The position numbers and the translations under genes were made by a program. From the NCBI GenBank assembly GCA_963749715.1, contig CAVVNR010000016.1:8245-72244 (forward strand): DNA of 64,000 bases. The letters are read 5' to 3'. Below the pieces are notes generated by a model. The model had not been told where the DNA came from. It saw nothing but the letters and a program-made list of their open reading frames with translations, and searched no databases. The stretch comes from an uncultured Alphaproteobacteria bacterium (GTDB taxonomy: Bacteria > Pseudomonadota > Alphaproteobacteria > Rhizobiales > Beijerinckiaceae). Below are positions 32,347 through 41,437 of the stretch, in pieces; the first letter of the stretch is position 1, and each line of letters begins with the position of its first letter.

Positions 32347-33229
32347 AACCTCGATCGCAATGCACGACGCCGCGGCTGCGGCGACCCATGAACCATCGGG
32401 CCGCCGTCCTGGCGCCCTGGCGGGGATCGCAATCTTCGCCGTGCTGGTGGTTCTCGCGGGCGTTGTCCTTGTTCCGATTCTCGCGACGGCGCTGAACGGC
32501 TTCAAGGAGCTCGGCGACCTGCAGTCGCGCCCGTTTTCCCTTCCCCGCGTCTGGGTGTGGAAGAACTATTGGGATATCCTGACCGGCGTCCGCTACTGGC
32601 AGGTGCTCGGCAATTCGCTGCTGATCTCGGTCCTGACCGTCTTCCTGACTCTCGCCTTGTCGTCGATGGCGGCTTTCACCTTCGCGCATCTGCGCTTTTT
32701 CGGCGACCGCTTTCTCCTCAGCTACGTTCAGCTCGGACTGATGTTTCCGCTGGCGACGGCCATTCCGCCGATTTTCATCAGAGTCCGCGATCTCGGACTT
32801 CTGGATTCCTACTGGGGCGTGGTGCTGCCCCAGGTCGCCTTTTCGCTCGCCATGGCCGTTCTCCTGCTGCGCAACGCGTTCAAGCAATTGCCGGGCGAGC
32901 TCCTCGACGCCGCTCTCATGGACGGGTGCGGCTACTTCCGCTACTTTTTCTATATCACCCTACCTCTCTCCGGGCCGATCCTGTCGACGGTCGCGGTCAT
33001 CTCCTTCGTCGACGCCTGGAACGCCTTCCTGCTGCCGCTCATCATTTTCAACTCCGAGTCGCGCTACCCCTGGACGCTCGGACTGATGGCCTATCAGGGC
33101 CAGTATTCGACCCAATGGCAACTGGTGCTCGCCTTCATCACCCTCACCATCCTGCCGGCGATCCTAATGTTCCTAATAGCGCAGCGCTACATCGTCGCCG
33201 GGCTGACCGCTGGCGCAGTCAAGGCGTGA
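32339..33229 (+). CDS. Carbohydrate ABC permease (MalG-like)
   Basis: LPGELLDAALMDGC and AWNAFLLP...QRYIVAGLTAGAVK. Confidence 0.9.
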   Translation: MTETSIAMHDAAAAATHEPSGRRPGALAGIAIFAVLVVLAGVVLVPILATALNGFKELGDLQSRPFSLPRVWVWKNYWDILTGVRYWQVLGNSLLISVLTVFLTLALSSMAAFTFAHLRFFGDRFLLSYVQLGLMFPLATAIPPIFIRVRDLGLLDSYWGVVLPQVAFSLAMAVLLLRNAFKQLPGELLDAALMDGCGYFRYFFYITLPLSGPILSTVAVISFVDAWNAFLLPLIIFNSESRYPWTLGLMAYQGQYSTQWQLVLAFITLTILPAILMFLIAQRYIVAGLTAGAVKA

Positions 33230-34256
33230 GAGGCTCATTCCATGCCCTGATCATGGCCGCGACCGCGGGTTTCGGCCGGTAGTTCTCATCGAACGGCAGC
33301 GCCGCGCCGTACCCGGAAAAGAACGACGGGATCCAGGACCGGTCGTCGGTCATCCCCCAGGTCGTGACGCCGACGCAGCGCGGGGTCGCGCGGCACGCTT
33401 CGACGACCGACGCGTAGTCGTCGGCTTGCGCCGCGAGCGACTTGTCATCGGCAGGCAGGCGGATGCGAAGGTCGAGCTCGGTCACCGCCACGTCGACGCC
33501 GAGCGAGGCGAACTCGGCCATTACCGCCTTGAGGTCCGCCGGCGCCGCGCCGACGACGAAATGCGACTGCAGGCCGACGCCGTCGATCGGGACGCCGTCG
33601 CGCTTGAGCGAGGCGACGAGATCGTAGAGCGCCCGCATCTTCGTGCCATCGGTCTCGACGTTGTAGTCGTTGATGTAGAGCTTGGCGTCGGGGTCGGCGG
33701 CGCGGGCCGCCCGGAGCGCGATCGGGACATAGTCCGGACCCATCGCCTCGTACCAGATCGACTTGCGCCATTGGCCGTCGTCGGCGAACGGCTCGTTGAC
33801 GACGTCCCACGCGTAGATCGCGCCGCGATAGCGGCCGGCCTCGGCCGCGATATGAGCGACCATCAGGTTTCTCAGCTCGTCGGGCGAAAACCCGCCGTTG
33901 ATCAGCCACAGCGGCAATTGCGAATGCCAGACCAGCGTGTGGCCTCGAACCTTCTGACCATGCGCCTTGGCGAAGGCGACCAGGGCGTCCGCGCGCTGCC
34001 AAGTAAACTCCCCGCGCAGTCCCTCGACCGACTCCCATTTCATCGCGTTCTCGGGCGTCACGGAGGTCAGTTGCGCCGCCGCGAGGTCGCGATACGGCCG
34101 TTCGTCGAGGGCGCCGGGGTCGAGCGCCGCGCCGAAATAACGCCCGCTCGACGCTGCGGCCGAGCCAAGCGTGACTTCGCCCGCCCCGGCCTCCGCCGCG
34201 GCGGCCCAGGTCAGCGCCAGCACGGCCGCGGCGGCGCTTGTTCTCATCGGCGTCAT
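33219..34256 (-). CDS. Secreted GH10 endo-1,4-beta-xylanase
   Basis: Signal peptide, TPENAMKW, RGHTLVWHSQ, WDVVNEP (acid/base), YINDYN, GLQSH and VTELD (nucleophile). Confidence 0.95.
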   Translation of the reverse strand: MTPMRTSAAAAVLALTWAAAAEAGAGEVTLGSAAASSGRYFGAALDPGALDERPYRDLAAAQLTSVTPENAMKWESVEGLRGEFTWQRADALVAFAKAHGQKVRGHTLVWHSQLPLWLINGGFSPDELRNLMVAHIAAEAGRYRGAIYAWDVVNEPFADDGQWRKSIWYEAMGPDYVPIALRAARAADPDAKLYINDYNVETDGTKMRALYDLVASLKRDGVPIDGVGLQSHFVVGAAPADLKAVMAEFASLGVDVAVTELDLRIRLPADDKSLAAQADDYASVVEACRATPRCVGVTTWGMTDDRSWIPSFFSGYGAALPFDENYRPKPAVAAMIRAWNEPLTP

Positions 34257-34412
34257 TGGCGACGGTCTCCCGCGGGGTCGAGGGGCCGGCCCGCAGTTTG
34301 AAAGCCCGTATCACAGGTTTCTGATTTTCGCAAATATTCGGGGCGCTTATCGCGTTAGCTATTGGCGGTGAGGGATTCGGAGCATGGCGGAATTCGCAGA
34401 CGGCTCTCATGG

Positions 34413-34588
34413 CGTCTTGGCCGGGCTTGTCCCGGCCATCCACGCCGTTCCGCGAATTGAACGTTCGCGAGCGAGCAGCAAGAGCGAAAAGCTTTGCAAC
34501 TGTCTGCCTTTACGATCGGTTGCGTCGATACGGGAGACGTCTTTGCAGCGGCGCGGCGTGGATGGCCGAGACAAGCCCGGCCACGACG
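34413..34588. repeat. REP/MITE-like element (GGCCGGGCTTGTCCCGGCCATCCAC family)
   Basis: Inverted arms of about 33 bp: CGTCTTGGCCGGGCTTGTCCCGGCCATCCACGCC and GGCGTGGATGGCCGAGACAAGCCCGGCCACGACG. Confidence 0.85.
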
Positions 34589-34884
34589 GCAACTGTTCGA
34601 GGCGCAATCGGCAAACCCGCCGACCCACAGCCAACGCGATAAGAGCCATTTCGCAGGGTTCGATGCGCCGGTCCGGAAGCGCGTCAGAAACGTCTGTGAT
34701 GGGCCAACCCTGCGGCGGCGATCTGGCATTTCGCTCGCCACGCCTTTTCTTGTATCCATCCGGTCGATTTGCCGGGGTTCATCGTCGCGCAACTGATTCG
34801 TCTCGTCGGCGCGCTGGCTGTGATGGAGCATCTGTTGCGCGACGAGGCCAATGCATCCGATTCGCTCAAAGCCGAGGCGCGCTC

Positions 34885-35307
34885 ATGACGATCACGATCT
34901 ACCACAACCCGAATTGCGGGACGTCGCGCAACACGCTCGCCATGATCCGTCAGAGCGGCGAGGAGCCGGTCGTGATCGAATATCTGAAGACTCCGCCGAC
35001 CCGAGCAAAGCTCATGCAGCTGATCGCGGCGATGGGCGTTCCCGTCCGCGCGGTGTTGCGCGAGAAAGGCACGCCCTATGCGGAGCTCGGCCTCGGCGAT
35101 TCGAAATGGTCGGACGGCGAATTGATCGATTTCATGATGGCGCATCCGATCCTCATCAATCGGCCGATTGTCGTGACGCCGAAGGGCGTGCGGCTCTGCC
35201 GCCCGTCCGAGAAAGTGCTCGATCTCCTCCCCAACCCAAACATCGGCCGGTTTGAGAAGGAGGATGGCGAGGTCGTCGGGGAAAACCGTTCGAAGCGCTC
35301 GACCTGA
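34885..35307 (+). CDS. arsC: Arsenate reductase (glutaredoxin-dependent)
   Basis: TIYHNPNCGTSRNTL, HPILINRPIV and LCRPSE. Confidence 0.93.
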   Translation: MTITIYHNPNCGTSRNTLAMIRQSGEEPVVIEYLKTPPTRAKLMQLIAAMGVPVRAVLREKGTPYAELGLGDSKWSDGELIDFMMAHPILINRPIVVTPKGVRLCRPSEKVLDLLPNPNIGRFEKEDGEVVGENRSKRST

Positions 35308-35499
35308 CGGAGGCTTGGCGGCGCCGCCTCAAGCCGCGACAAAAAATCTCTTCTCCCGCCCCGCATTGCCGGATAAACATTGGTGGGCTCAGACCGGCTG
35401 GCGTCTGGAGCGTTGAGTTAGAAAAGCCGACGTCCTTGGGGCGCGCGAAAAAAGGGCGCGCAGCTCATGGGGGGTCGCGTCAAACCGGGAGGAAAGCAA

Positions 35500-36573
35500 A
35501 TGAAGAATGCTCTGCGTCTAGGCGTGTTCGTGTCGCTCAGCTGCCTTTGGGGCTCGGGCGCCATGGCTCAAACGGGCGCCATCAACAAAGCCGTCGGCGG
35601 CTATTCGTTTGAAGATGCAGCCAAGGAAGCTGCAACAACGAAGAAGGACGGCAAACCGCTCACTTTCGCGATCATCACCCATACCGCGGGCAACGGCTTC
35701 TTCGATCCCGTCTATGTCGGGGCGCAGGTCGCGGCCAACGCCTTCGGGATCAATCTGATCCGGCTTGGGTCGGAGTCGGCGGTCGACGATATTCCGCGCG
35801 AAATCCAGATCCTCAATCAGATCGTCAACGACCCGACGATCAACGGCGTGATCATGACGACGCCGCAGGTCGGGGCCTATAACGATATCGTCAAGAAGCT
35901 CGAGGACCGGGGCGTCGTCGTCGCCACCACCAATTCGTTCGACGGCACGCTGCTCGATCGCAGCAACATCAGCCACACCGGCCAGGACGCGAGCGCGGCC
36001 GCGATCGGCGGCGAAGCGATCGTCAAGTGCCTGGTGAAAAACAATATCAAGAGCGGCTCGATCCTGTTCCCGAATACCGTGCCGGTCGGCAATATCGAGG
36101 TGAACAACCGGGTCACAGCCGCCTTCCAGGCGACGCTGAAGGCGCTCAAGGCGAACAACATGCTGGCGAACTTCAAGGTCGACGCAGGCCCCAACAACAT
36201 CGGCGTCGATGTCGGAACCGACATCACGGCGGGCCCGATCGTGCAATTGATCGAGAGCCGGAAGGATGTGGTCGGCCTGTTCGGTCCGAACGGCGGCGTG
36301 ACGCCGGCGATCGGCGACGCCATTTCGCAACTCAAGCTGAACGGCAAGGTTTGCGCCTATGGCTTCGATCTCGGCCCCAAGCAACTCGAGCAGATCAAGA
36401 GCGGCGCCCTGATGGGTTCGCTTGGCCAGCAGCCGTTCCTGCAGGGCTTCTATCCGGTGATGCAGCTCTATCTGCAGATCGACCGCAACATCGCCGCCGC
36501 CAACCTTGACACGCGGGCGCAGCTCGTCACCAAGGACAATGTCGAGAAGGTCGGCAAGCGCTTCGAAAACTGA
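35500..36573 (+). CDS. Sugar ABC substrate-binding protein (periplasmic binding protein type 1)
   Basis: Signal peptide, ITHTAGNGFFDPV, HTGQD, GFDL and QQPFLQGF. Confidence 0.85.
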   Translation: MKNALRLGVFVSLSCLWGSGAMAQTGAINKAVGGYSFEDAAKEAATTKKDGKPLTFAIITHTAGNGFFDPVYVGAQVAANAFGINLIRLGSESAVDDIPREIQILNQIVNDPTINGVIMTTPQVGAYNDIVKKLEDRGVVVATTNSFDGTLLDRSNISHTGQDASAAAIGGEAIVKCLVKNNIKSGSILFPNTVPVGNIEVNNRVTAAFQATLKALKANNMLANFKVDAGPNNIGVDVGTDITAGPIVQLIESRKDVVGLFGPNGGVTPAIGDAISQLKLNGKVCAYGFDLGPKQLEQIKSGALMGSLGQQPFLQGFYPVMQLYLQIDRNIAAANLDTRAQLVTKDNVEKVGKRFEN

Positions 36574-36657
36574 AAGAGCGCACTTGATCCGGGATGCGCG
36601 TGGCTCCTTGAGGCGTCTTGCGCATCCCCAACCGCGATGGATTGAGCGGCCCACGCC

Positions 36658-38949
36658 ATGAGCGCCACACCAGCGGTCACGCGCCCGATCGAGAGCGGAC
36701 GCGGCTCGTCGCTCCTGTTCGGCGGATGGGAGGTCGGCCTGCTGGTAATCATGGCCGCGCTCTATCTTGGCGGCCTCTACCTCAACCCCGCATTCTTCGG
36801 CTCGACGTCCGCGCTGTTCTCGGTGCTGCGCGACGCATCGCGCTATGGCGTCATGGCCGTCGGCATGACATTCGTTCTTGTCAACAGGGAGCTCGACCTT
36901 TCCGTTGGCTCGACGTTCGGCCTGACCGCGACGTTCTTTGGCATGCTGTTCGCGCCGAGCTACTTCGATCTCGACGTCACGACCGCCGTCGTCGCCTGTC
37001 TCGCCCTAGGCCTCGTCATCGGCCTGATTAACGGCTTTCTCGTCACGGTTCTCGAAGTGCCGGCGTTCATCGCAACCCTGACCACCCTGTTCATCGGCCG
37101 CGGCGTCATTCTCGGGCTGACCGGCGGCAAGAACATCGCGTTCGAACTCAAGGCGGACAAATACCCTACGTTCTTTCGGATCGGCGAGATCAACGCCTTC
37201 GGCTTCAATAACCAGATCATCATCTTCGTCATCATAGCCGCGATCGGCGCTGTCGCCCTCGCCTATACGTCGTACGGCTGGACAACTTATGCGACGGGCG
37301 GAAACGAGCAGGCCGCCCGCTACGCCGGCATCAACACCCGCTTTGTCCGAATGCGCTCCTACGTGCTGTCTTCGATGTGCGCAGTCACCGCGGGTTTGAT
37401 GAATCTCGCGCAAAGCAAGGACGCGGACCCGGCATTCGGCCTTGGCGCCGAACTGATCGCCATTGCATCGGTGATCGTGGGCGGCGCGGCGATATTCGGC
37501 GGCCGCGGCAGGGTGATCGGATCCTGCCTTGGGGCGATCTTCGTCGGCTTGATCGACAAGGTTCTGCGCGAGGGCGTGCCGGTCACCCGCGTCATTCAGG
37601 TCGGCGACGATAAGATCGAGGTCGCCGCGGTCTCGCAATTGCCGCCCGGTGCTGTGCCGGCCTTTCTCGGCGTCATCCTGATCATCGCGGTGCTGGTCGA
37701 ACCCTGGCTGGTGCGGCGGCGCATTCTCGCCCGGGCGTGGGCGCGGCTGCGCGGCCTGCCGGCGCCGATCGTTCCCGATCTTGGCGGCGTCGCCATTTCC
37801 GGCGCGCAGACTCGAGGGGCGACGGCGCAGTCGCGCGGCCTCGGCAAGCGGGGGATTGCCGCGTTCTTCTACCGCCGCGACGCGGCCGCGGTCATGATGA
37901 TGGTCGCGCTCTGGCTATTCGGCTTCTGGGCGAGGCCGGATTTCTGGCAAGGCCTCGACAATTCATTCTCGATCCTCCTGGCTTTCTCCGAGATCGCGTT
38001 GCTTGCGGTCGGCCTTACTTTCGTGATGGCCAACGGCGACATCGACCTCTCGGTCGGATCGGTGCTGGCGCTTTCGGGGGCGACCGCGGCCGTCATCATG
38101 AAGGACACGAGCCTCGGCCCCCTCGCGGCCGCCGTCATCGCCGTTGGGGTCGGCGTCCTGGCCGGCGCGATCAACGGCTGGCTGACCGCCTATGTCGGGC
38201 TTCCCGCATTCATTGCGACTCTGGGCACGTTCTACTGGGCGCGCGGCATCGGATCGTCGATCGTGGCGGGCACTCAGCTCAACGGTTTTCCCGAATCCTT
38301 CAACCTTATCGGACGCAGCCTGTTCGAATTGCTCGACGCGCTCGGGATAGCGCCGACCCAGGGATGGCAGCTCGCGCTCGCCAAGGCGGTCAGCGTTCAG
38401 ACGATCTTCATCATCGCCGTGGCGGCGATCGCCGGCGTCGCGCTCGCCTATACGACGTTCGGCCAGAAGGTGCTCGCCGTCGGCGGCAACGAGCGCGCGG
38501 CGAGCTTCGCGGGCATCAATACGCGCCGGGTGCGGTTCACCGCATTGTTGATTTCGGGGACCTGCGCCGGATTTGCCGGCGTGATCTACGATGCGTTCTA
38601 CCGCAGTTTCATCCCGACCGCCGGCCAACTGCGCGAGCTCGACGCGATTTCGTCGGTCATCATCGGCGGCGGCTCGATCTTTGGCGGTTATGGCACGATG
38701 ATCGGATCGCTGGCGGGCGCCGGCGTCATCACGCTCATTCGCCAATTGCTTTCGCTGCAGATCATTCTTCGGGACGGCAGTTCGTTCGTCCTGCCCCAGC
38801 AATGGCAGAACGTGTTCATCGGCTTGATCCTGATCGTCGCGGTGGTCGGCGACATCTGGCTGCGCCAAAACAATATCCTGGGCAGGTGGTTCGGCAGGGC
38901 AAGGGCGGCCGAGGAGGCGCCAGGCGCCATCGTGGAGCGCAAGGCATGA
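36658..38949 (+). CDS. ABC permease with two fused RbsC-type domains
   Basis: 763 aa with duplicated motifs: ELDLSVGS/DIDLSVGS, PAFIATL twice, GGNE twice, and VIVGGAAIFGG/VIIGGGSIFGG. Confidence 0.88.
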   Translation: MSATPAVTRPIESGRGSSLLFGGWEVGLLVIMAALYLGGLYLNPAFFGSTSALFSVLRDASRYGVMAVGMTFVLVNRELDLSVGSTFGLTATFFGMLFAPSYFDLDVTTAVVACLALGLVIGLINGFLVTVLEVPAFIATLTTLFIGRGVILGLTGGKNIAFELKADKYPTFFRIGEINAFGFNNQIIIFVIIAAIGAVALAYTSYGWTTYATGGNEQAARYAGINTRFVRMRSYVLSSMCAVTAGLMNLAQSKDADPAFGLGAELIAIASVIVGGAAIFGGRGRVIGSCLGAIFVGLIDKVLREGVPVTRVIQVGDDKIEVAAVSQLPPGAVPAFLGVILIIAVLVEPWLVRRRILARAWARLRGLPAPIVPDLGGVAISGAQTRGATAQSRGLGKRGIAAFFYRRDAAAVMMMVALWLFGFWARPDFWQGLDNSFSILLAFSEIALLAVGLTFVMANGDIDLSVGSVLALSGATAAVIMKDTSLGPLAAAVIAVGVGVLAGAINGWLTAYVGLPAFIATLGTFYWARGIGSSIVAGTQLNGFPESFNLIGRSLFELLDALGIAPTQGWQLALAKAVSVQTIFIIAVAAIAGVALAYTTFGQKVLAVGGNERAASFAGINTRRVRFTALLISGTCAGFAGVIYDAFYRSFIPTAGQLRELDAISSVIIGGGSIFGGYGTMIGSLAGAGVITLIRQLLSLQIILRDGSSFVLPQQWQNVFIGLILIVAVVGDIWLRQNNILGRWFGRARAAEEAPGAIVERKA

Positions 38950-39711
38950 CGACGCCGATCGTGACGATGCGCGGCATTTGCAAGAGCTTCGGTCCGGTGC
39001 AGGCGCTGGTCGACGTCCATCTGCGCTTGGCGCCGGGCGAAGTGCTCGGCCTCGTCGGCGACAATTCGGCGGGCAAGTCGACCCTGATGAAGATTCTCAC
39101 CGGCGCCTACCAGCGCGACGCCGGCGACATTTCCGTCGGCGGAGAGCCGGTGCACTTCAAGAGCCCGCACGAGAGCCGCGATCGCGGCATCGAAATGATC
39201 TACCAGGACTTCGCGCTGTGCGGGAACCTCGATGTCGGCCAGAACATCTTTCTCGGGCGATGGCCAATGCGGTTCGGGATCTTCATCGATCGCGCGCGCA
39301 TGCACGTCGACGCCCGCGAGATCCTCAACCGGCTCAAGGTCGACGTGAACTCGGTCTACCAGAAGGTCGAAAGCCTCTCAGGCGGGCGTCAGCAGTCGGT
39401 GGCGATCGCGCGCGCGATTTCGTTTGCGCCAAAGGTGGTGGTGTTCGACGAGCCGACCGCCAATCTCTCGGTGACGGCGACCGAGCGGCTGCTCGAGACG
39501 ATCGCGGAACTCAAGGTCCACGGGGTCGCCCAAGTGATCATCTCGCACCGGATGAACGATATTTTCGAAGTGGGCGATCGGGTGATGGTGCTCAAACGCG
39601 GGCGCAACGTGGGCGATCGCGCCATCTCGCAGACGACCGAGAAGGAAGTGCTGGAATTGATCGTCTCAGGCGTCCCCGAAACGCTGGCCGGAGCCGAGTT
39701 CGGCGCCTTAG
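38946..39711 (+). CDS. Sugar ABC ATP-binding protein (3' end uncertain, in-frame stop missing)
   Basis: ATGA overlap, GDNSAGKST, LSGGRQQ and FDEPT. The frame stays open to 40640; the nearest TAG at 39709 is out of frame. Confidence 0.85.
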
Positions 39712-39880
39712 CGGCGGCCGCGCGTCGATTCTCGGAGCGGCGGCGGTTTAGCCCAAGCGCGGCCGCCTGCGGCTTTGAAACCCGCCTCCCGCCGTCGCGC
39801 AGAGCGGCATCGAAGGTCGAGCGCTTGCGTCGGAGCGCCGCCGCCCGTATTCAGTTTGGGGTCGGGGCTCGGATTCGAGG

Positions 39881-40519
39881 TTGTGCGTGGGGGCGGGGCG
39901 GCGAGCGGTCGTTCTTTCGGGTCTCTTCTGGGCTGCGCTGTCGGCTGGGCCGGCCTCGGCGGCCGACATGTCCAGCCTCGGCATCGAGACCGCGCCGCCG
40001 CCTGAGCCAACGATCCAGCCGGGGCCGAACACCTATATCGACTTCCTCCAGGAGGTGCGCGTCGGCGTCTACGCCCATAACTGGATTCACGACGAGGATT
40101 CGCCGGTCGACCTGTCGGGCGAGCTCCTGTCCTCGCCAATCGGCTATGCCAACAACATCGGTGGCCAGTGGTTCTCCTGGTTCTTCAATCCGCGCATCAA
40201 TATTGGCGCGATGGTCAACACCGGGGGCAAGACAAGCTATGGCTTCACCGGCCTTACTTGGCGCATCCCAATCTACAAGGGGTTTTTCTTCGAGGGCGAA
40301 TTTGGCGGCGCCGTCAACACCTCGCCATTGCGGGACGAGCCGGACCGCGTCAACACCGGCTGCCGCTTCGACTTCCGCGAATCGGGAGGCTTCGGCTACC
40401 AGTTCAACGAGCATTGGGATTTCATCGCCAATATCGAGCACATCTCGCACGCGAGCCTCTGCACCCATATCAATCCCGGCCTTACCCAGGTCGGCGCGAG
40501 GGTGGGGTACAAATTCTGA
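39881..40519 (+). CDS. PagL-like lipid A 3-O-deacylase / acyloxyacyl hydrolase outer-membrane protein
   Basis: Signal peptide, beta-strand pattern, EHISHASLC...NPG (cf. the PagL HxSN..NPG motif) and terminal GYKF. Confidence 0.75.
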   Translation: MCVGAGRRAVVLSGLFWAALSAGPASAADMSSLGIETAPPPEPTIQPGPNTYIDFLQEVRVGVYAHNWIHDEDSPVDLSGELLSSPIGYANNIGGQWFSWFFNPRINIGAMVNTGGKTSYGFTGLTWRIPIYKGFFFEGEFGGAVNTSPLRDEPDRVNTGCRFDFRESGGFGYQFNEHWDFIANIEHISHASLCTHINPGLTQVGARVGYKF

Positions 40520-40534
40520 GCCCCGGCCGCCCCG

Positions 40535-40750
40535 CTACCGTGACCTGCCGCTAAACCACGCGAATGCGAGCGCCGCCAGTCCGATTATTAGCGAACCGAG
40601 GCCGTGGTTGAAGTGGGGCTTGACCGACCCTGGGGCGTAGCCAGGCACAAAGGCAGGGAGGTCGCCGGCGGGGGTCAGCCAGTAAAGGAAAGTCAGACCG
40701 ACAAAGGCTAACCCGACGACAAGCGCGACTGGAACAACGAGCGTCTTCAT
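40535..40750 (-). CDS. Small two-TM membrane protein, hypothetical
   Basis: 71 aa with two hydrophobic helices around LPAFVPGY...HFNHG. GGAGGG upstream. Confidence 0.65.
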   Translation of the reverse strand: MKTLVVPVALVVGLAFVGLTFLYWLTPAGDLPAFVPGYAPGSVKPHFNHGLGSLIIGLAALAFAWFSGRSR

Positions 40751-40921
40751 GCCTTCAGCCCTCCTGCGCCTGCCGCTGCGCCGTCCTTAGCAGCACTCGC
40801 TGCCGCTCGCCATTCCAAGCTCTGGCCAAACCGTTGGTTGCGCGGCCGCGGTCCGTTCGAATTCGGGCGAGTTGGATCCGGGCGCCACCCGTACAAATCG
40901 ACGCCGTGTGACATTTCGGAG

Positions 40922-40937
40922 TGTGACGTACGTCACA
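40922..40937. promoter_or_regulatory. Perfect CRP/FNR-family-type operator TGTGA-N6-TCACA
   Basis: 16-bp perfect palindrome TGTGACGTACGTCACA with an extra TGTGAC half-site at 40907, between two divergent small genes. Confidence 0.65.
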
Positions 40938-41044
40938 GCGCGGAGGGGAGGGGCATGATTAAAAGCGGTCGGCCTAGAGAATAAATAAAGGAAGTGGCCG
41001 AAGGGCAGCGAACGAAGGGAACGTGTATCGTTATGGAGATCGTT

Positions 41045-41254
41045 ATGGGCGGGATCGACAAACATGCGGCTTTCTACCGGGCTTATGTGCCCGCGGATCG
41101 TAGCTTGTTCCCGATGACGATCGCGCTGGCGACCATCGTCGCTCTGTGGTTTTTCGTCTACCTGGTCATCGCCGTCGGCCCGCAGACCGAGGCGCAAACG
41201 GCCCGGCCTGGAAGCCGTGAGGCCCCGATAGCCTTGCAGTCCAACAGCCGCTAA
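41045..41254 (+). CDS. Small single-TM protein, hypothetical
   Basis: GGAG SD then ATG at 41045. One hydrophobic helix (TIALATIVALWFFVYLVIAV). Confidence 0.5.
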   Translation: MGGIDKHAAFYRAYVPADRSLFPMTIALATIVALWFFVYLVIAVGPQTEAQTARPGSREAPIALQSNSR

Positions 41255-41437
41255 CAGCGCCGGCCTGACTTGCAGGGGCAGGATCGTCGAGATCGAGCCG
41301 TGATGAAGGAGTCAGCGACCCAAGCGCCGGCATAGGTACGACGCTTGGGGACGGCCGGGTCCGGCTCGCAAATCAGCGCGGAAACCTCGTTCGGCTTTGA
41401 CGCGACTTGAAGCAAGCCCGGCGGCGGCTGCGACCTT

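Noticed and set aside
34384-34884. N-terminal extension of arsC (307-aa ORF)
   Set aside because: It translates a REP/MITE and intergenic DNA. The real start with a GAGG SD is at 34885.
37737-40640. 967-aa ORF suggesting an ATPase fusion with long extensions
   Set aside because: Only 38946 to about 39700 has ABC motifs. The extensions overlap the permease and PagL-like genes in other frames and are low-complexity. A lost stop from an indel is the simpler explanation.
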